A stretch of DNA of 63,004 bases, filler included, from Piptocephalis cylindrospora (taxonomy: Eukaryota): assembly GCA_003614145.1 (NCBI GenBank). It is 11 parts of 11 records of this genome, joined end to end, with 100 filler letters (N's around TTAATTAATTAA, not from the genome) between each part and the next. Parts side by side here need not be neighbours in the genome. Positions count along the whole stretch, not along the records: positions 1 to 5,777 come from KZ988363.1; positions 5,878 to 11,585 come from KZ988364.1; positions 11,686 to 17,387 come from KZ988365.1; 8 more parts are not named here. One strand, 5' to 3'. The notes under the pieces are model-generated. The model was not told the origin of the DNA and made no database searches. It worked only from the letters and a program-made list of their open reading frames with translations. This document shows, one piece after another, positions 1-12,792 of this stretch (the first letter of the stretch is position 1; every line of letters begins with the position of its first letter). A program made the position numbers and the translations under genes.

Positions 1-131
1 TTTCATACCATCTCGTCAAATTTCGGCAGAGCTACCAACTTTCAAGGTTATGTAAAGCCTATACACAAGCAAGAGCACAGTACGTTAAAACATTTATTCT
101 TCCTCTCCTTCTGCTATATTACCTTCCCAAC

Positions 132-625
132 ATGAGCTACGATCCTATCAAGGACCTTGCCGAAAGGCAGCCACCTAAACCTTCTCCTTACCGTGGTGAC
201 CCGGTCCGCATGGAGAAACTCATTCGTCGAGTCGAGCGGACTGCTCGCCCTCCCCCTTGGACCCGGTGGTCCCAACTTCTGGGCTATGCCCTTGGATTTG
301 GTAGGTGCATGGATGGGATCAAAAGTCTCAGCAAGATCGTTACTTTGTTCAGGAACGCGCTCATTCTCTTGAAACTCCTTATTACCTAGGCGTCACGGTC
401 TATTCCGTCTTGTACTATGATCCTGGCTACACGCATCATTGCTATACTCCCGTAAGATAGGGCATGGTGGGGTTTGGCCTCCTCTCTACCCCGTTCCATC
501 TAATAAGATTCCTAAACCTTTTATACGAATAGATACGTCGATGGGTAGCAAAGAAGAAAGAGGAATTCTGGACCCTGGATGCCGAAGATGAACAGGAGCT
601 GGAGGAGCAAGGAAGGGTCTGGTAA
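132..625 (+). CDS. Small single-pass membrane protein, hypothetical (3 exons: 132-300, 390-451, 533-625)
   Basis: GT..AG introns 301-389 and 452-532 splice in frame to give ...WSQLLGYALGFGVTVYSVLYYDPGYTHHCYTPIRRWVAKKKEEFWTL...GRVW*; one hydrophobic segment. Confidence 0.7.
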
Positions 626-1963
626 TTGGGATACGATAGATGATTGCATTCAAGCATTTTGACCAAAGAGTGCTTCTGGAGCCATGGTTGAGATGGAAAT
701 TATTAGGGATACTGACCCGTTATGCTTTAATCATCATTTCGGTTTAAAGATAAGTCTGGCATCTCCTCCCAGACTGTCGACATCGTCTCTAGTATGGGAT
801 ATCATTCTTTTCATTAGGTTTGCTCTTAAATCTTGTAATGTTCACCGACTGTACATACCGAGGAAGGGTGATGTGTCCGCTCATATTGCCTTACATGGAC
901 CCGTTTGTAACGGACAAGCCTGCGTAAATCTTCATCGTTGTTTTGTGTCTATCCCTTCATAGGAAGTGTCGTTTTTTCTTGAGTGAATAACAAACAGTAA
1001 GTTAATGGCGCTCCAGATATCATCCATTCACAATCCTTCTCATTCAACCTTATATCCCATAAGGAAGGACACGTTACCAAGAAGAGACACGCATCTTCGA
1101 TATGGAAGATCAGAGGGATGGGGGTGCTTAGGGAGGAGGACAAGGAAGTCCCATAGTGTCTCACGCTTACATCTTCCTCCACACATCTTATCATCCTTTC
1201 CATCGCAAACACAGTGTCAGGACACATATTATCAAGGGGGGGATGAGTGCGTGGTTGAAGATCATACCTTTGAACCATGCACCATATGTATCCATATCGT
1301 CGCGCTCTGCCCTCTTTACGCCTCCCTCCCCTTCCCCCCCATCCTCGGAGACCATGCCGCGCCCATTCCCAGGCACTATAGCGTCCTTCTATCAACGCCT
1401 TCATATCTCCGTGGTCCTATACACGCTTTCGGATTATTATCATATATCTTTAGGCTCCCCTCTCTTTCAACTCTGGTTACCCCTGACTATTCATACAAAC
1501 GATCCAACGATCATACCTCCTGCTTTTTCTGTAAAATTTGTGTTCATCTTGAATTTACCTGGAAATCATTGTATATAAACTAATGTTCATTCTCTGTTAT
1601 TCTCTTTATCCTCATCTTTCCTTTCTTCCTTACTATTCCTTTTGTTCGTTGATCGAGCCTTTTTCTATACCCTAGACTATGTTTTACCCTCCCCTAAATC
1701 ATTTTTCTAGGATCGCCCTCCAGTACTCGTCTATGGCTTTAATCTTCATTCTTACCAATTTTGCACTTTTTAGTGCATCGAATATTCGTGTCAATGCTCA
1801 CTTTGATATTGCTGATACGCCCACCGCCATGGTGGTAGTTAATTCATAGTGTGCAATGAGAAACTATGATAGGAGGAGAAATATGCTCCGTTATTCTATT
1901 CCAAAGACTTGAAAAGAGCAATCAGTGTGGTGGTAGTCTTCCACCAACACCCATGACAATGAC

Positions 1964-3791
1964 TTAAAACGGAGCGTGAGGGAAGCCCGTGGTAAAGGCA
2001 TGATCAAAGGTGGGAAGGGCCATCTCCTCTCTCTCCTGGTAGAGGGGGGAGCGCCAGGGGTTGAGTTGGACTGGGAGTGGAGAAGATGTTGATACGTCTT
2101 TGGCCAAATCGTTTAGGATACCTCTGGAGCAGGTTGCGGCCAACTCATCCCGTTCAGTAACCCAGATGGGTTTATTTAAACGTAGACAGGAGCTGAGGGA
2201 AGAGGACCATGAGGAGGGGGCCTGACCCAAGTCCTTGTCGAGGAGACAGATCATGTGGGCACTAGCCAGCTGCTCATTCGAATGCAATTCCGAGAGAGAA
2301 GCGGGAGGATGAAAGTGAACAGTGGTAGAGGAGGAGCCAAGGCGCCTTTCTTGATCAGCCAGGGTCGAAGGGACATTGGGGCCAATGAGGTGTAGGTCCA
2401 GGGAGATACTAGGGGGGAGAACATTGGCAAGCTCTCTGAAGAGGGGATAGGTATCGAGGATGTCAACCGGATCCAGAATAACAATGGAAAGTGAGTTGGC
2501 GGAAGGCAAAATGTTCAAGGTATGTATACCCTGATAGATGGAGAGAGGGAGACTGAGGAGGACCGAAATGGGAGAAGAGAAGGGGATGTTCCGAGAGGTA
2601 TAGTAGGTATCCCAACCTTGGATTGATCTGGAATTCGGTTTCAAGGGAATGGATCGATCATGGGTCGGGAGAAGGTCGGCTGATAGGGCCCAGCCTGTTT
2701 GATCCTCCCCTTCTTCAGTTGGAAGCTGACCAGGGGGGATGGATGAGGCACAAGAGCACATCCTCCTCCACAAGCCTTTATTGTGAATTCCCTGGTGCTC
2801 TAACCATACCCGGGTCCCACCTGCTCGAATGCCGATGGGAAAAGTAAAAGCAGGAAGGTCCTTTTTGACTTCTCTAGCCATCCAAGCCTTTGCCTGAGGG
2901 CATATTTGTTTATGCCCCGACTTCCAGTCCTTTTTCTGGCAGTCCTTGCTGTAATGTACCGTTTCATGGGATGGTGAAATAAGAATGAAGGAAAGAAGGA
3001 AAGAGTGCGATGGAAATACAGAGATCATACCTGCAGTAGAAGAGGGCCTTGCAGGATGAACAAACAAACCGTTCCTGCTCCCGTAGCCTTCTTCGACAAG
3101 TGGGAATGTAACATGCATAGGTACGATCCTCATGAGGCTGCATGGCCGAGGTGAGGGTGACAACGACATGGGCAGCGCCAAGGATGGTAGGGGGGACGGG
3201 AAGGGAGAGGACAGTGTTAATGGACGGAGAGGAAAGGGCGAGGAAAAGTTCGGGAAGTACGGCCAAGGCGGCAGTTAGCAGGGGAAAGTCGGTGGGGTGG
3301 GGCTGGCCCAGGCCAAATGGTTGGCCCTGCGCCTTTTGTAACGGGTTTGCCTATGGTATGGAGCGGGGCAGGGTGAGATAGGGGCATGACGACATAAACC
3401 AAAAGTTAAAAGTGAAATTTACCTCACAGACGTGGGTGATGAGAGGATAAAGACCGGAAGGAGAGTGAAGGTCAGATCGTTTTTCCACGATCCATCGGGT
3501 ATGGCTAGGAATCTGATCAAGAGGGGCCCATTGACAACGGAGAAAGTGTCCCCCAGGCCTTTGGTGAAAGCCTCTTAAGGGGTCTTCGGAAAGGGTAGCA
3601 TCATCCGAGTGCTGATAGAGATGAAGGGCCAAAGGCTCATCCTTGCCAGCAATAACCTGGAGAGCGGTGTACAGGGAAGGGTTTCGCAGAGAGGTGATCC
3701 CGAAGCCTAGTAAGGGGGAAGATGCTTTAGGTCGATCGGGGAGAAACTCCACCGAGGCCTTGAGAAGTCGAGCAATGGCTTCGTCAGCCAT
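1964..3791 (-). CDS. MYND zinc-finger protein with MSS51/ZMYND15-like C-terminal domain (exons 3791-3423, 3350-3031, 2948-1964)
   Basis: Splicing rebuilds the MYND finger CYIPTC...CSSCKALFYCSKDCQKKDWKSGHKQIC; downstream GWDTYYTSRNIPFSSPISVLLSLPLSIY, LHLIGP and LNPWRSP motifs resemble the MSS51_C region. Confidence 0.75.
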
Positions 3792-4227
3792 GATGGGAAA
3801 CGGAGGAGAACTGTATATAGGAGGTGGGAAGGAGAGCTGGGACGCGAGACGGAGCTGTGGGCCAAAGAGTTTTATATCCAACTGAACACAACCTGGAGTC
3901 ATCGGATTCTGGTCTTTTGTGGGATTAGATGAGTCTCTATTTACTGGATGCAGGTCCTTATAAAAACCCTTTCTGATTGGTCTATTGGATTTTGGAAGGA
4001 ATTTCCCACTCCGAAAGAGGCATTTAAAGAGCCGCCTGACTTCCTTGATAGAGAGTCATTTCCCCTCTCCCCCCCTTTCCCCCTCATCTTTACCATTTAT
4101 CGTCCCCTCCACCCTTTACCACCCTCATCTTTATCCTATATCTCCCCCTCATCTTTCTTTCTCTTCTTACCTTCGCCTCTGCCTCCTCATCTACCGCTTA
4201 ATCATCATCTGCATCCGCATTTTGACC

Positions 4228-5451
4228 ATGCTTCCTGTTGCTTTTGGTTTGCTGCTGACTTGGACTGGATGGGCCCATGCTGCTGCAACAGGAGCGCCCT
4301 CATCCTCCTTTAGATTTGATCTTGCCTGTACGAGTGCGGAGGCGGGCTATTGCGACAATGTAAAGAAGACATTGGAATTGGCCGGATCGTATGTGGAGGA
4401 TGTAGTTAGCTTCTCCAGCACGATCCAGGTGAATGCGACAGTAGTAGGATTTGCCAATGACGGGTTTCTCTCGCAAGGTCGACCCAGCTCTACGCTGGTG
4501 GTCAAGGATTCGGATGGCCGTGTTCGTCTGTATCCGCAAGCACTGATTCGTGGGAAAACCCCCCGCCCAGCAGTGCAAGAAGGGCAGGAGATGACCAAAT
4601 ATGACGTGGAAATCTTGATCAATAGTAATACCCCAGCTTATTTTCCCGCCTCGGTGACTGGATCCTCCAAGGCGATTGGGAAGGAGGAGGTGGACCTTTC
4701 TTGGACACTAACGCATGAGCTCCTACATGGGTTGGGTCATTTGACGGCTTGGAGAGATCATACGCAAGAGGAGCATGGAGCAGATGCCAAGGGAGCCTCC
4801 AATACGAGCGAGTACTTGACACCCTACCCATTTGTGTACATGGTGCGTAGTGGATCGACAGGGGCCGCGGCGCTTCAGTACGACGGACACACGTATCCTT
4901 ACCTCTTTGATCGTTTCCTTGTGGAGACTACTTCGGGAAAGGCCTTGGATGACTATATCACGGCGATTGATGGTGTAGGAAAGGCTGGGACGACCTTTGC
5001 GGATGGGCCGGCGTTCGTCTCGGCGGTGGCGGGAAACGGACCGGCAGCATCGGCGGCTTCCAAGGTCAGCACTTTGGCTAAGACCCCGGGATCAGTGTCC
5101 TTTCGTCTGGATGATGGAAGCCTGGTAACTCTGGATACAGACCCAGCCTTGCCCTCCTCTCGACTAGATCATCTTGGACCCGAGTATGAGAAGAAGGAGG
5201 ATTTACTGATGTACAGCGTGACCCCCTCGGGTCTAGAGTACATTCGGGCATTGAAGCAGGCTGGCAGTCGTCATCCTATCGGAGAGAAGACGCAGAGCAT
5301 TCTCCGGACTATGGGCTATAATGTCAAGAACTCCTCAATGGTTCTTCCCATGTCCTCCTCTGTTTCTGGATCCATGGCAGGATCTAAAGGATGGCAGGGA
5401 AAGCTACATGTAATGACGGGAGTGATGGTGGTGAGCTGGATCCTTTCTTAG
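4228..5451 (+). CDS. Secreted, possibly GPI/TM-anchored zincin-like protein (HEXXH)
   Basis: N-terminal signal peptide MLPVAFGLLLTWTGWAHAAA, HELLHGLGH motif at 4714-4740, Ser/Gly-rich linker and hydrophobic C-terminus; intronless ORF. Confidence 0.7.
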   Translation: MLPVAFGLLLTWTGWAHAAATGAPSSSFRFDLACTSAEAGYCDNVKKTLELAGSYVEDVVSFSSTIQVNATVVGFANDGFLSQGRPSSTLVVKDSDGRVRLYPQALIRGKTPRPAVQEGQEMTKYDVEILINSNTPAYFPASVTGSSKAIGKEEVDLSWTLTHELLHGLGHLTAWRDHTQEEHGADAKGASNTSEYLTPYPFVYMVRSGSTGAAALQYDGHTYPYLFDRFLVETTSGKALDDYITAIDGVGKAGTTFADGPAFVSAVAGNGPAASAASKVSTLAKTPGSVSFRLDDGSLVTLDTDPALPSSRLDHLGPEYEKKEDLLMYSVTPSGLEYIRALKQAGSRHPIGEKTQSILRTMGYNVKNSSMVLPMSSSVSGSMAGSKGWQGKLHVMTGVMVVSWILS

Positions 5452-5777
5452 GGTCGGTCTTGGAGACATATGGACTTGATCATATTTTTTTTTGGAATGG
5501 AGGCGTTTGTCTGGACTATGCTCCAAAGATACACCCTCCTATCCTCAATGATGATTATCATACTTGCTACAATGCCTCCTAAAAAGAGCCTCTTTTTTTT
5601 GGATCCCCACCATTTCCCTTATAAGCGACGTTGCCTGAGCGTTTTATTAGCAAAACATCATGCTATCGTTTGGTGCACTCAGGGCTTCAGTAATATACTC
5701 GTACTAATATACTCGTACTAATCAAGTCAATCGATTGACTTTTACTATGGGAAGCGGAACATTTCTCCAAACTGTAA

Positions 5778-5877
5778 NNNNNNNNNNNNNNNNNNNNNNN
5801 NNNNNNNNNNNNNNNNNNNNNTTAATTAATTAANNNNNNNNNNNNNNNNNNNNNNNNNNNNNNNNNNNNNNNNNNNN
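5778..5877. other. Artificial contig spacer (N44-TTAATTAATTAA-N44); the same spacer occurs at 11586, 17388, 23135, 28851, 34564, 40277, 45978, 51660, 57336
   Basis: Identical 100-nt spacers with six-frame stop linker; contigs between them are 5708, 5702, 5647, 5616, 5613, 5613, 5601, 5582, 5576 bp (size-sorted). Confidence 0.98.
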
Positions 5878-5982
5878 ACCAACCATCCATGAACAACCCA
5901 TAAAGATGTTTGTGTAGAAGAAAAAAATAAAAAAAACATAGATGTGTCTTCTGGCCCCCCCTCCCCCCCCCCCCCCTCTTAC

Positions 5983-7459
5983 TTACTGTGTCTCAACCGA
6001 TCGTCTCTCTTCTTCAAATTGGGCCTTTTCCCTTGCAAAGGCCTCCTGCTCTCGTCGGATCTGGATGGTAGCATCGGTAAATCTCTTCCTCTCTTCTACA
6101 AGGTCAGCGCGTTGTTTGGATAATCTGATCTGGGCATCCTGGATGGGTCCAGAAGTAGGGGAAACAGGCTCATCCTCCATGGTCAAGTCTTCCCCCTCTT
6201 TCCGCCCTCTTCCTTCCCCGATAGCCACCTTACCCTGGATAAAGTCTGGGGCTAGGGTCATCTCGATCAATTTTCCTTGTTCCTCAATGACGTACTTGTA
6301 CTCCTCGCTTTGACGTTGGAGCAGGTCGATCTCGGCCTCGCGTGTAGCCAGAGCCTCTTCCTTCATTTCGAGGATCTCCGCATCCGCCGGGGCCTGAGCC
6401 TGGAGCATTAGATGCTCATATTGCGTATGGATATCCCGGATGAGCTGGGCCACCTCTTCGTGCGTCCCCTTGCCCTCCCGTGCCCTCCCCTCTCCACGGA
6501 CGCCGGCCGCTGTCCCCATCATCACCTCCTCTTCCGATACCTCATCCACTCGTCCACCCTCCCCCATCCCTAGCCCATCTCCACCCTTGCTCCCAAGCAA
6601 AAGAGATTCCATCTCCCGAATCACCAAGTGGATAGTCCGGCGGAGACTTTCATTGTCCCCAACCAGCTGCTCCTCCTTTCCCCCGGGCCTGCTCAAGGAC
6701 ATTCTTATAATAGGACTCCTCCTTATCAGCCACAGCCCGAAAATTACTAGCGACACTGGTAGGCTCCTTACCATTCAGAGCCTTCATCCCCAGCTTCCCC
6801 GCCTTGTACTTGTCTTGCATGGCCTTTTGCAATCGATCCTTGAGTCGGCCATACTCCAGCTCTCGTTTCCGTAGCTCGTGGGTGTACTGACTACGTCCTT
6901 GCTGAAGGTGCAGTTTGACCGCTCGAAGTTCCTCGCGCGTCGCCTTATGCCTCTCGGCCTCTCCTCGGTAGTTGGATTCGGAGACTTGCCACCGACCCTT
7001 GTAATTGTCCGCATCTCTTTCCGCTTGCTCCACACTCGAGCGGTACCGGTCAATGGCCTCCTGTAACGTCTCATTCTCTGCCTGTACCCGAACATACCGC
7101 TCCTCCAGGTCCTCCCGGTACTCCGTATCCCTTTGCCGATTTTCCCTATCCGACATGATAGTGTTGGTGGTCATCATGGGGTGATCCCCTTCGTCTTCCC
7201 CGTATCCGGTTTTCTGGCCCATGGCTTCCTCAAATCCTGGAAACCGAGCCGTTGATCCAGCCACTAAGGAAATAGAGTCTCCTGGCGGGCTTTCCAAGGA
7301 GCTTAGCCCTGTCAGGTGAGTTCTTTCCGTGTCCAGGACCATGTGTGACGGGGTGTGTTCACCCCTACCCTTGGAGTACTGTCGCTGGGGCTGGATGGGC
7401 TGAGGCGGGGTAGAGGAGCGAAAGTAAGGATCCTGCAGAAAAGATCGGGTTCCATCCAT
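5983..7459 (-). CDS. ADIP/SSX2IP/Msd1-like coiled-coil protein, with a 1-nt frameshift at ~6677-6684
   Basis: Coiled-coil segment ...GRSQYTHELRKRELEYGRLKDRLQK resembles the ADIP domain; ORFs 6650-7459 and 5983-6774 join as NVLEQARG-K-EEQLVGDNESLRR if one base of the G5A3 run is removed. Confidence 0.65.
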
Positions 7460-7814
7460 GGTAAACTAATAGGACGTAGTGTGGAGTGGGAAGAAGGTAG
7501 AATAGTGGATAGAGGAAGGAGGGGAAAAGAAGAGTGAGGATTGGGAAGTAGGATGGGGTAAGTAATAAGGGCACTCTCTGTTTATCAAGCGGCACAGAGG
7601 AGCGGAGCATGGGCTGGGTTGAGAAGGAGCCATTTCAACCTCCTCTTTGGCCCTGTGGCAAGGTTGTCCAGGAGCGACACTATAAAGGCCCGCATATAAT
7701 GAGGTCTACGTGTTGTGTGAGGCTTCATCTACACAGGCTCAGAAGCTCACATACCCCTCCTCTCGTCATCCCCTAGCTCCTCCACCTTTCCCTCCCTGGG
7801 TGTTCCAGAGTGCC

Positions 7815-10800
7815 ATGGCCCCACTTCCAGAACCCATTCCTCTTTCCCGTCAGGGATCGAGCAAGAGTCTGTCAAACCAAAGCAAGGATTCGCAAAACAG
7901 GCCTGGTTTTCGTCGACCAGTGGGCCATTACATCCGGACAATGGGTAGGACTGAGCGGGTGGTGTGTCCTTTCCCGCTTAGTCGACTCCATGTAGATTAA
8001 CCTTAGTACTCATTCCTTTCATCTCTTACAGACACCTTTGAGATGGACAAGGCGGAGGAAGTGGAGTATGACTTGGATGAGCAAGGTCAGTTAAAAGGAC
8101 GGACATTATTCCATACAGCCGCCATCACTCGTCCTTAAACAGTACCATTTCATTCCGTGAAGATAGATCATGCATGGTTAGAATTGGTTAATAAACAGCG
8201 TCAGGAAGAAGGAATGGGTGCGGTGTCGTATGATGATTTAGAATGGATCATCGATCTTTTGGAGAAGCTCTGGTTTGACCTGGTATGCCCTTTCATTTGT
8301 CAATCTATTTTTATAGGTCTCACAATAATACCTACGTTTCCTCTAGACCAAGGACATTGTTAAGGCGGACCCCGCAGGCCCCATCTCCACCGAGGATGTC
8401 CCATGTGATGTGTGTAATGATGCCGAGTGTGACAATACCAACGCTATTGTCTTTTGCGACGGGTGCAATTTGGCCGTCCACCAGGATTGCTACGGGGTCC
8501 CATACATCCCAGAAGGCCAGTGGTTATGCCGACGATGTATGCTGGCCCCAGGTATGCCCGTCTCTTGCATCTTCTGCCCCAACACAGGCGGGGCTTTTAA
8601 GCAGACGACAACCAACAAATGGGCCCACCTCCTCTGTGCTCTCTGGATCCCTGAGGTAGGTATTCAGAACCACGTGTACATGGAGCCCATTGAGGTCAGT
8701 ACCATGATCCCTCGATCCCGGTGGAAGCTTGTGTGTAGCATTTGTAAAGTTAAGAGAGGCGCGTGCATCCAATGCCATAAGACGACCTGCTTCACCGCTT
8801 TCCACGTTACTTGTGCCCGTCGGTCCGGCCTCTCCATGACCAACCGCACCCTGGATCCCAATGCTATCCGAGCCTTTTGTCGACGACACTCCCCTATGGT
8901 GAGTTTTACCTGTTTCTAGCTTTCCATATCAGCCAATGTTAGATCACCTATTCACTCATCCATCTATTTATCCATTGACCCTTCGTGTGGATCCTTTGGG
9001 AGCGTAGATCCCGGAGAAGCAAAAATCAGTACCTTTACTTACAGATCGAGAGGATGAGAAAAATGATATACAAGGGATGGAATACGGCGGAAGAAGAGGT
9101 GTTGGTTCGATGAATCCACGAGATGAGAGTGACGCTTCCTCCACCGCTACGAGCCTGAGTGCAGGGCCTTTGAATACTCTCTCCTCCTCTCAAAACTCAA
9201 CGAGCGATCAAGCTTTGATCTCTGCCCCAAGGATTCATTATCGTCCGTACATCGAGCCTCGTCCAGTAATTCCCAACTTTATTGCTCGGCAATTGTCTAC
9301 GGCCCTGCAATCTCACCCCATGCGCGGCAAGGCCTCGTTTTTACAGTCCATCATGCGGTACTGGGCTTTGAAGCGTGAAGCCTGTCGTGGGGCTCCCCTT
9401 TTGAAGCGGCTTCATCTCGAGGTACTTGGCGAAAAATGGACTATGAGGTGGACGATGTAGTAAGCTCTGACCTCGTCTCCCCCCTTTCTCTTTTCTCCTT
9501 CACAGCCTTGGACCGCATTCCAGGACTCAATAAGTTCCGAGACCGAGCGAGCCATGAAGTTCCAGGTATGACTCTAACCCCCCACCTCTTTCCACCGGGA
9601 CACACACATACTTCTTGGGACTCCCCACTTATCCGTGTCTCTTTTCCCATTCCTCTAGGCGGTTAGGCTCCTGAGAGCGGATTTTGAAAAGGTCCGGATG
9701 CTTACAGAATTGGCCCGGAAACGAGAGCGGCTCAAGCTCAAGGGTTACGAATACACACGGGATCTTCTACATATCCTCCTGTGTCCCATACCCTTCTATG
9801 CCATACCCATCTTGGAGCGTATGCGGGCTCTCGACCGTCGTCAGCTCCTTCACCACCCTGTTTCAGCTGAGGACGTGCCTGACTACTATGAAGTCATTCC
9901 CCACCCCATGGATTTTTCTACCCTCGAATCCAAAATTCCTGATTACGAGGATTTTTCCCAGTTTGTCCATGATGCCTCCCTCATCTTTACCAATTGCATG
10001 ACTTACAACAAACCCAACACCCCGTACTTTCGACTGGCCAGACGCATCCAGCAGGCCTCGGCCCCCTGGCTTGACGAAGCCACTAAAGGTGTTCAGAGGC
10101 TGAATGCGTACATTCAGTCCCTTGGTCGAGAGAAGAAAAGTCTGGAGGATCACCCTATGGTCCAACTCTTTATTCGTCCCACCACCGAGGATTTGGAAGA
10201 GGAAAAGGAAAAGGAGGAGGATGCCAGGGTACATGGCCATGTCTTGAGCACCATTCAAGGGGCGTCTAAAGAAGAATCCAAGGCGCAAATGAAAGAAAAG
10301 GAGAAAGTGGGAAAGAAGTCTGATTTAGTTTCAGATAGACAGATCCTGACCCCTACAAGGAGCAGTCGTCGCAAATCCCGAAGGAGTTCTCGGGTAGGAG
10401 CACCATCCGACCAGCTTGGGGACGCGCCAATGGAAGTCACAGAGACAAAAGGAGATGATACTATCAAGGAGCCCAAAGGCGACACGGGAGAGAGGGAAAG
10501 GGAAGGGGGGAGAAAGATGAGGAGTCGACGACGTAAGCGCCGGTCTCCTCTCACCGAAGAACCCCCCATTACCACTGCCACTACGCCTATTTCTCCAGCT
10601 CAGACCTCAATTGGCCCAGAATCTTCCTCCCGGAAACGAGCAAAGATATTGGCGTCTCCTGATAAAAAGGGAAAGGTAAGCTACCTGATATAAGAGCACG
10701 AAACATCCGTCCAATACTGTGTTTATCATCATTCCCATCAACTCACTTCTTTACCTTTCTAGACTTCCGGCACGGTAAGGACAAGGTCGGATCGGAGACA

Positions 10801-11365
10801 AAATGATCAGACATGTCCCTCCCATTCCTCCAGGAAGCCCCCAACTCTGGATCAATGGGGAGTTCCCCAGGTAGAAACGACCCATTCTCCCGGCCTCCTT
10901 CCGCTGTCCAGGCCAGGGACCTATGTATGGGCCCGTGTCCCAGGATTTCCCTTCTTTCCTGGCATGGTCTACGCCCCAAATGATCGGGAAGTCCCCGGGA
11001 ATATTCGTCGGATTCGTCATGCCCCTAACACGGCCTTGGTCCAGTTCTTTGATGAACGTCGACGAGAATGGTAAGTTCTTCTGTAGAGCACAGCCTCCTC
11101 TCACATCCAGAGTAGCCCCTCCCATTAAAAGCCAGCTCCTGTCATATTAAATGCACCATTATATAGGGGATGGTGTGATCCCGAAAGCTTCAAGGCTTTT
11201 GGCGCAGATGGGAATCTGGATCGAAGGATGCTCTTACGGTCATCCTTGCCCAAGCGCTCTAGGAACCGCCCCATGCTTTCCCGTCTTCATGGTGCCTTCC
11301 GAGAGGCGTGCAAAGCCCAGCACATTGATCCGACACCTTTTTTGCCCCCAGAGGTCAACGACTAG
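7815..11365 (+). CDS. BRPF1/peregrin-Nto1-like NuA3/MOZ HAT scaffold (EPL1, PHD-Zn knuckle-PHD, bromodomain, PWWP); multi-exon
   Basis: VEYDLDEQD..WLELVN (EPL1); C..CNDAECDNTNAIVFCDGCNLAVHQDCYGVPYIPEGQWLCRRC; YWALKRE..RGAPLLKRL; bromodomain PVSAEDVPDYYEVIPHPMDF..NCMTYN; PWWP-like GTYVWARVPGFPFFPGMV. Confidence 0.9.
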
Positions 11366-12457
11366 GTAGGAATTTCCTTCTGTGCACGCTTTTATTCCTG
11401 TTTCCCCGAAATACATTTTCTCTTCGTATCCCTACCCAAAACCCACTTCTACATACTCCAAGGGTAGAGGTCGTTCCAACGCCAACAACAGTAGATATAT
11501 TTTTATTACATGCCCCTTCTTAAAGATGCGTTTAGGCCGTCCGACGCCAATCTCTCTCCTCATCCTCCTCTCCCATGGCCTCATCNNNNNNNNNNNNNNN
11601 NNNNNNNNNNNNNNNNNNNNNNNNNNNNNTTAATTAATTAANNNNNNNNNNNNNNNNNNNNNNNNNNNNNNNNNNNNNNNNNNNNATCCTAGATGCGAGA
11701 ACGGGGGGGGAGGGTCCAACTTACCATGTCAACAACGTCTTATCAGAGTGTATGGAAGGGACGATTGGGCGTCTTGACAACTCGGACGGAAAGAAGGAGG
11801 GTCTCAAAAGGAGGGGCGTGGCTTTACGCTGGGTGCCGATGGCTAACTGTGAATGGGTGAAGGCTGGGTGTAGAGTGAATGGGGAGGGTAGCTGTGGCGT
11901 GTGTGTGTCTGTAGTAGAGACAGTAGTGTAAGAAGGGGGATACTTTGAGTGTTAGCAACATGACAGGAGAGAGAGGCGGCCACACATCCTTGTAAGCATG
12001 AGATATGTAAATTTCAAGGTATCATTTTAGGTGAAAACATGCAAAGTTGTTGGCAAGAGGGTGTGAGAGTGGCATTTTTTTGACGAATACAGGGCATTCC
12101 GCACGGAAAATTAAATCTTTTTCCCTATTTCCTCAAGGATATGTGAGAGTATGTAAGAGGCAGTGTGTCCACTATTGCATAACACTAGCATGTACACACA
12201 TACAGTTCAGATTGCTCAACCAGGCATACTGGGTGGGGAGAGAACAGCACACCACAGTATGGATGGTACACACACACCAAAGATAGACACACGGACACAA
12301 CGACGGTATCCATACAAGCCTGCCTTGATCCTCCTCTTTTGCCATCCGACCCACTTGACCGGAGACCCTCCTTGATCCTTTACATCCCCAGGTAAGCTGA
12401 AATATGTTACGGGAGGAGGAGATGGAATGAAAGATAGGACATGACAAGAGACTAGGA

Positions 12458-12516
12458 GGATGGATGGATGGATGGATGGATGGGTCCTGGGATATATCGA
12501 TGGATGGATGGATGGA
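12458..12516. repeat. (GGAT)n microsatellite, two blocks
   Basis: ggatggatggatggatgg... read directly. Confidence 0.9.
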
Positions 12517-12792
12517 TAAACTGGAACGAGAGATGATGGGGAGAAGGGCATGATGGGTCATGACGATGATGGCAACTCCATGATGCATGCANNNNNNNNN
12601 NACTCCAATGTGGCATCATACGCCCATGGGTTGTGGGTCGCAGAGCTGGGAACAACTGGGGTGAGTCGGACCACCCATCCTCCTAGACGTTTCACTATAC
12701 TTACGCGTGCGGATTCTTCTATGGTCCTCTCTCTAACATTGTCGCCCTCTTATACTCACCTATCTCCTCTCTGCTGCTGCTATTTATTAGAA

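Noticed and set aside
1005..1849. ORFs 1005-1583 / 1156-1578 and a possible hydrophobic last exon
   Set aside because: Could not build a consistent spliced model or recognise a domain.
5690..5740. 14-bp tandem duplication and AGTCAATCGATTGACT palindrome
   Set aside because: Only two units near a contig end; not CRISPR-like and no supportable function.
5778..5877. Regularly spaced TTAATTAATTAA palindromes every ~5.7 kb
   Set aside because: Artificial six-frame stop linker inside N spacers joining size-sorted contigs; not biological.
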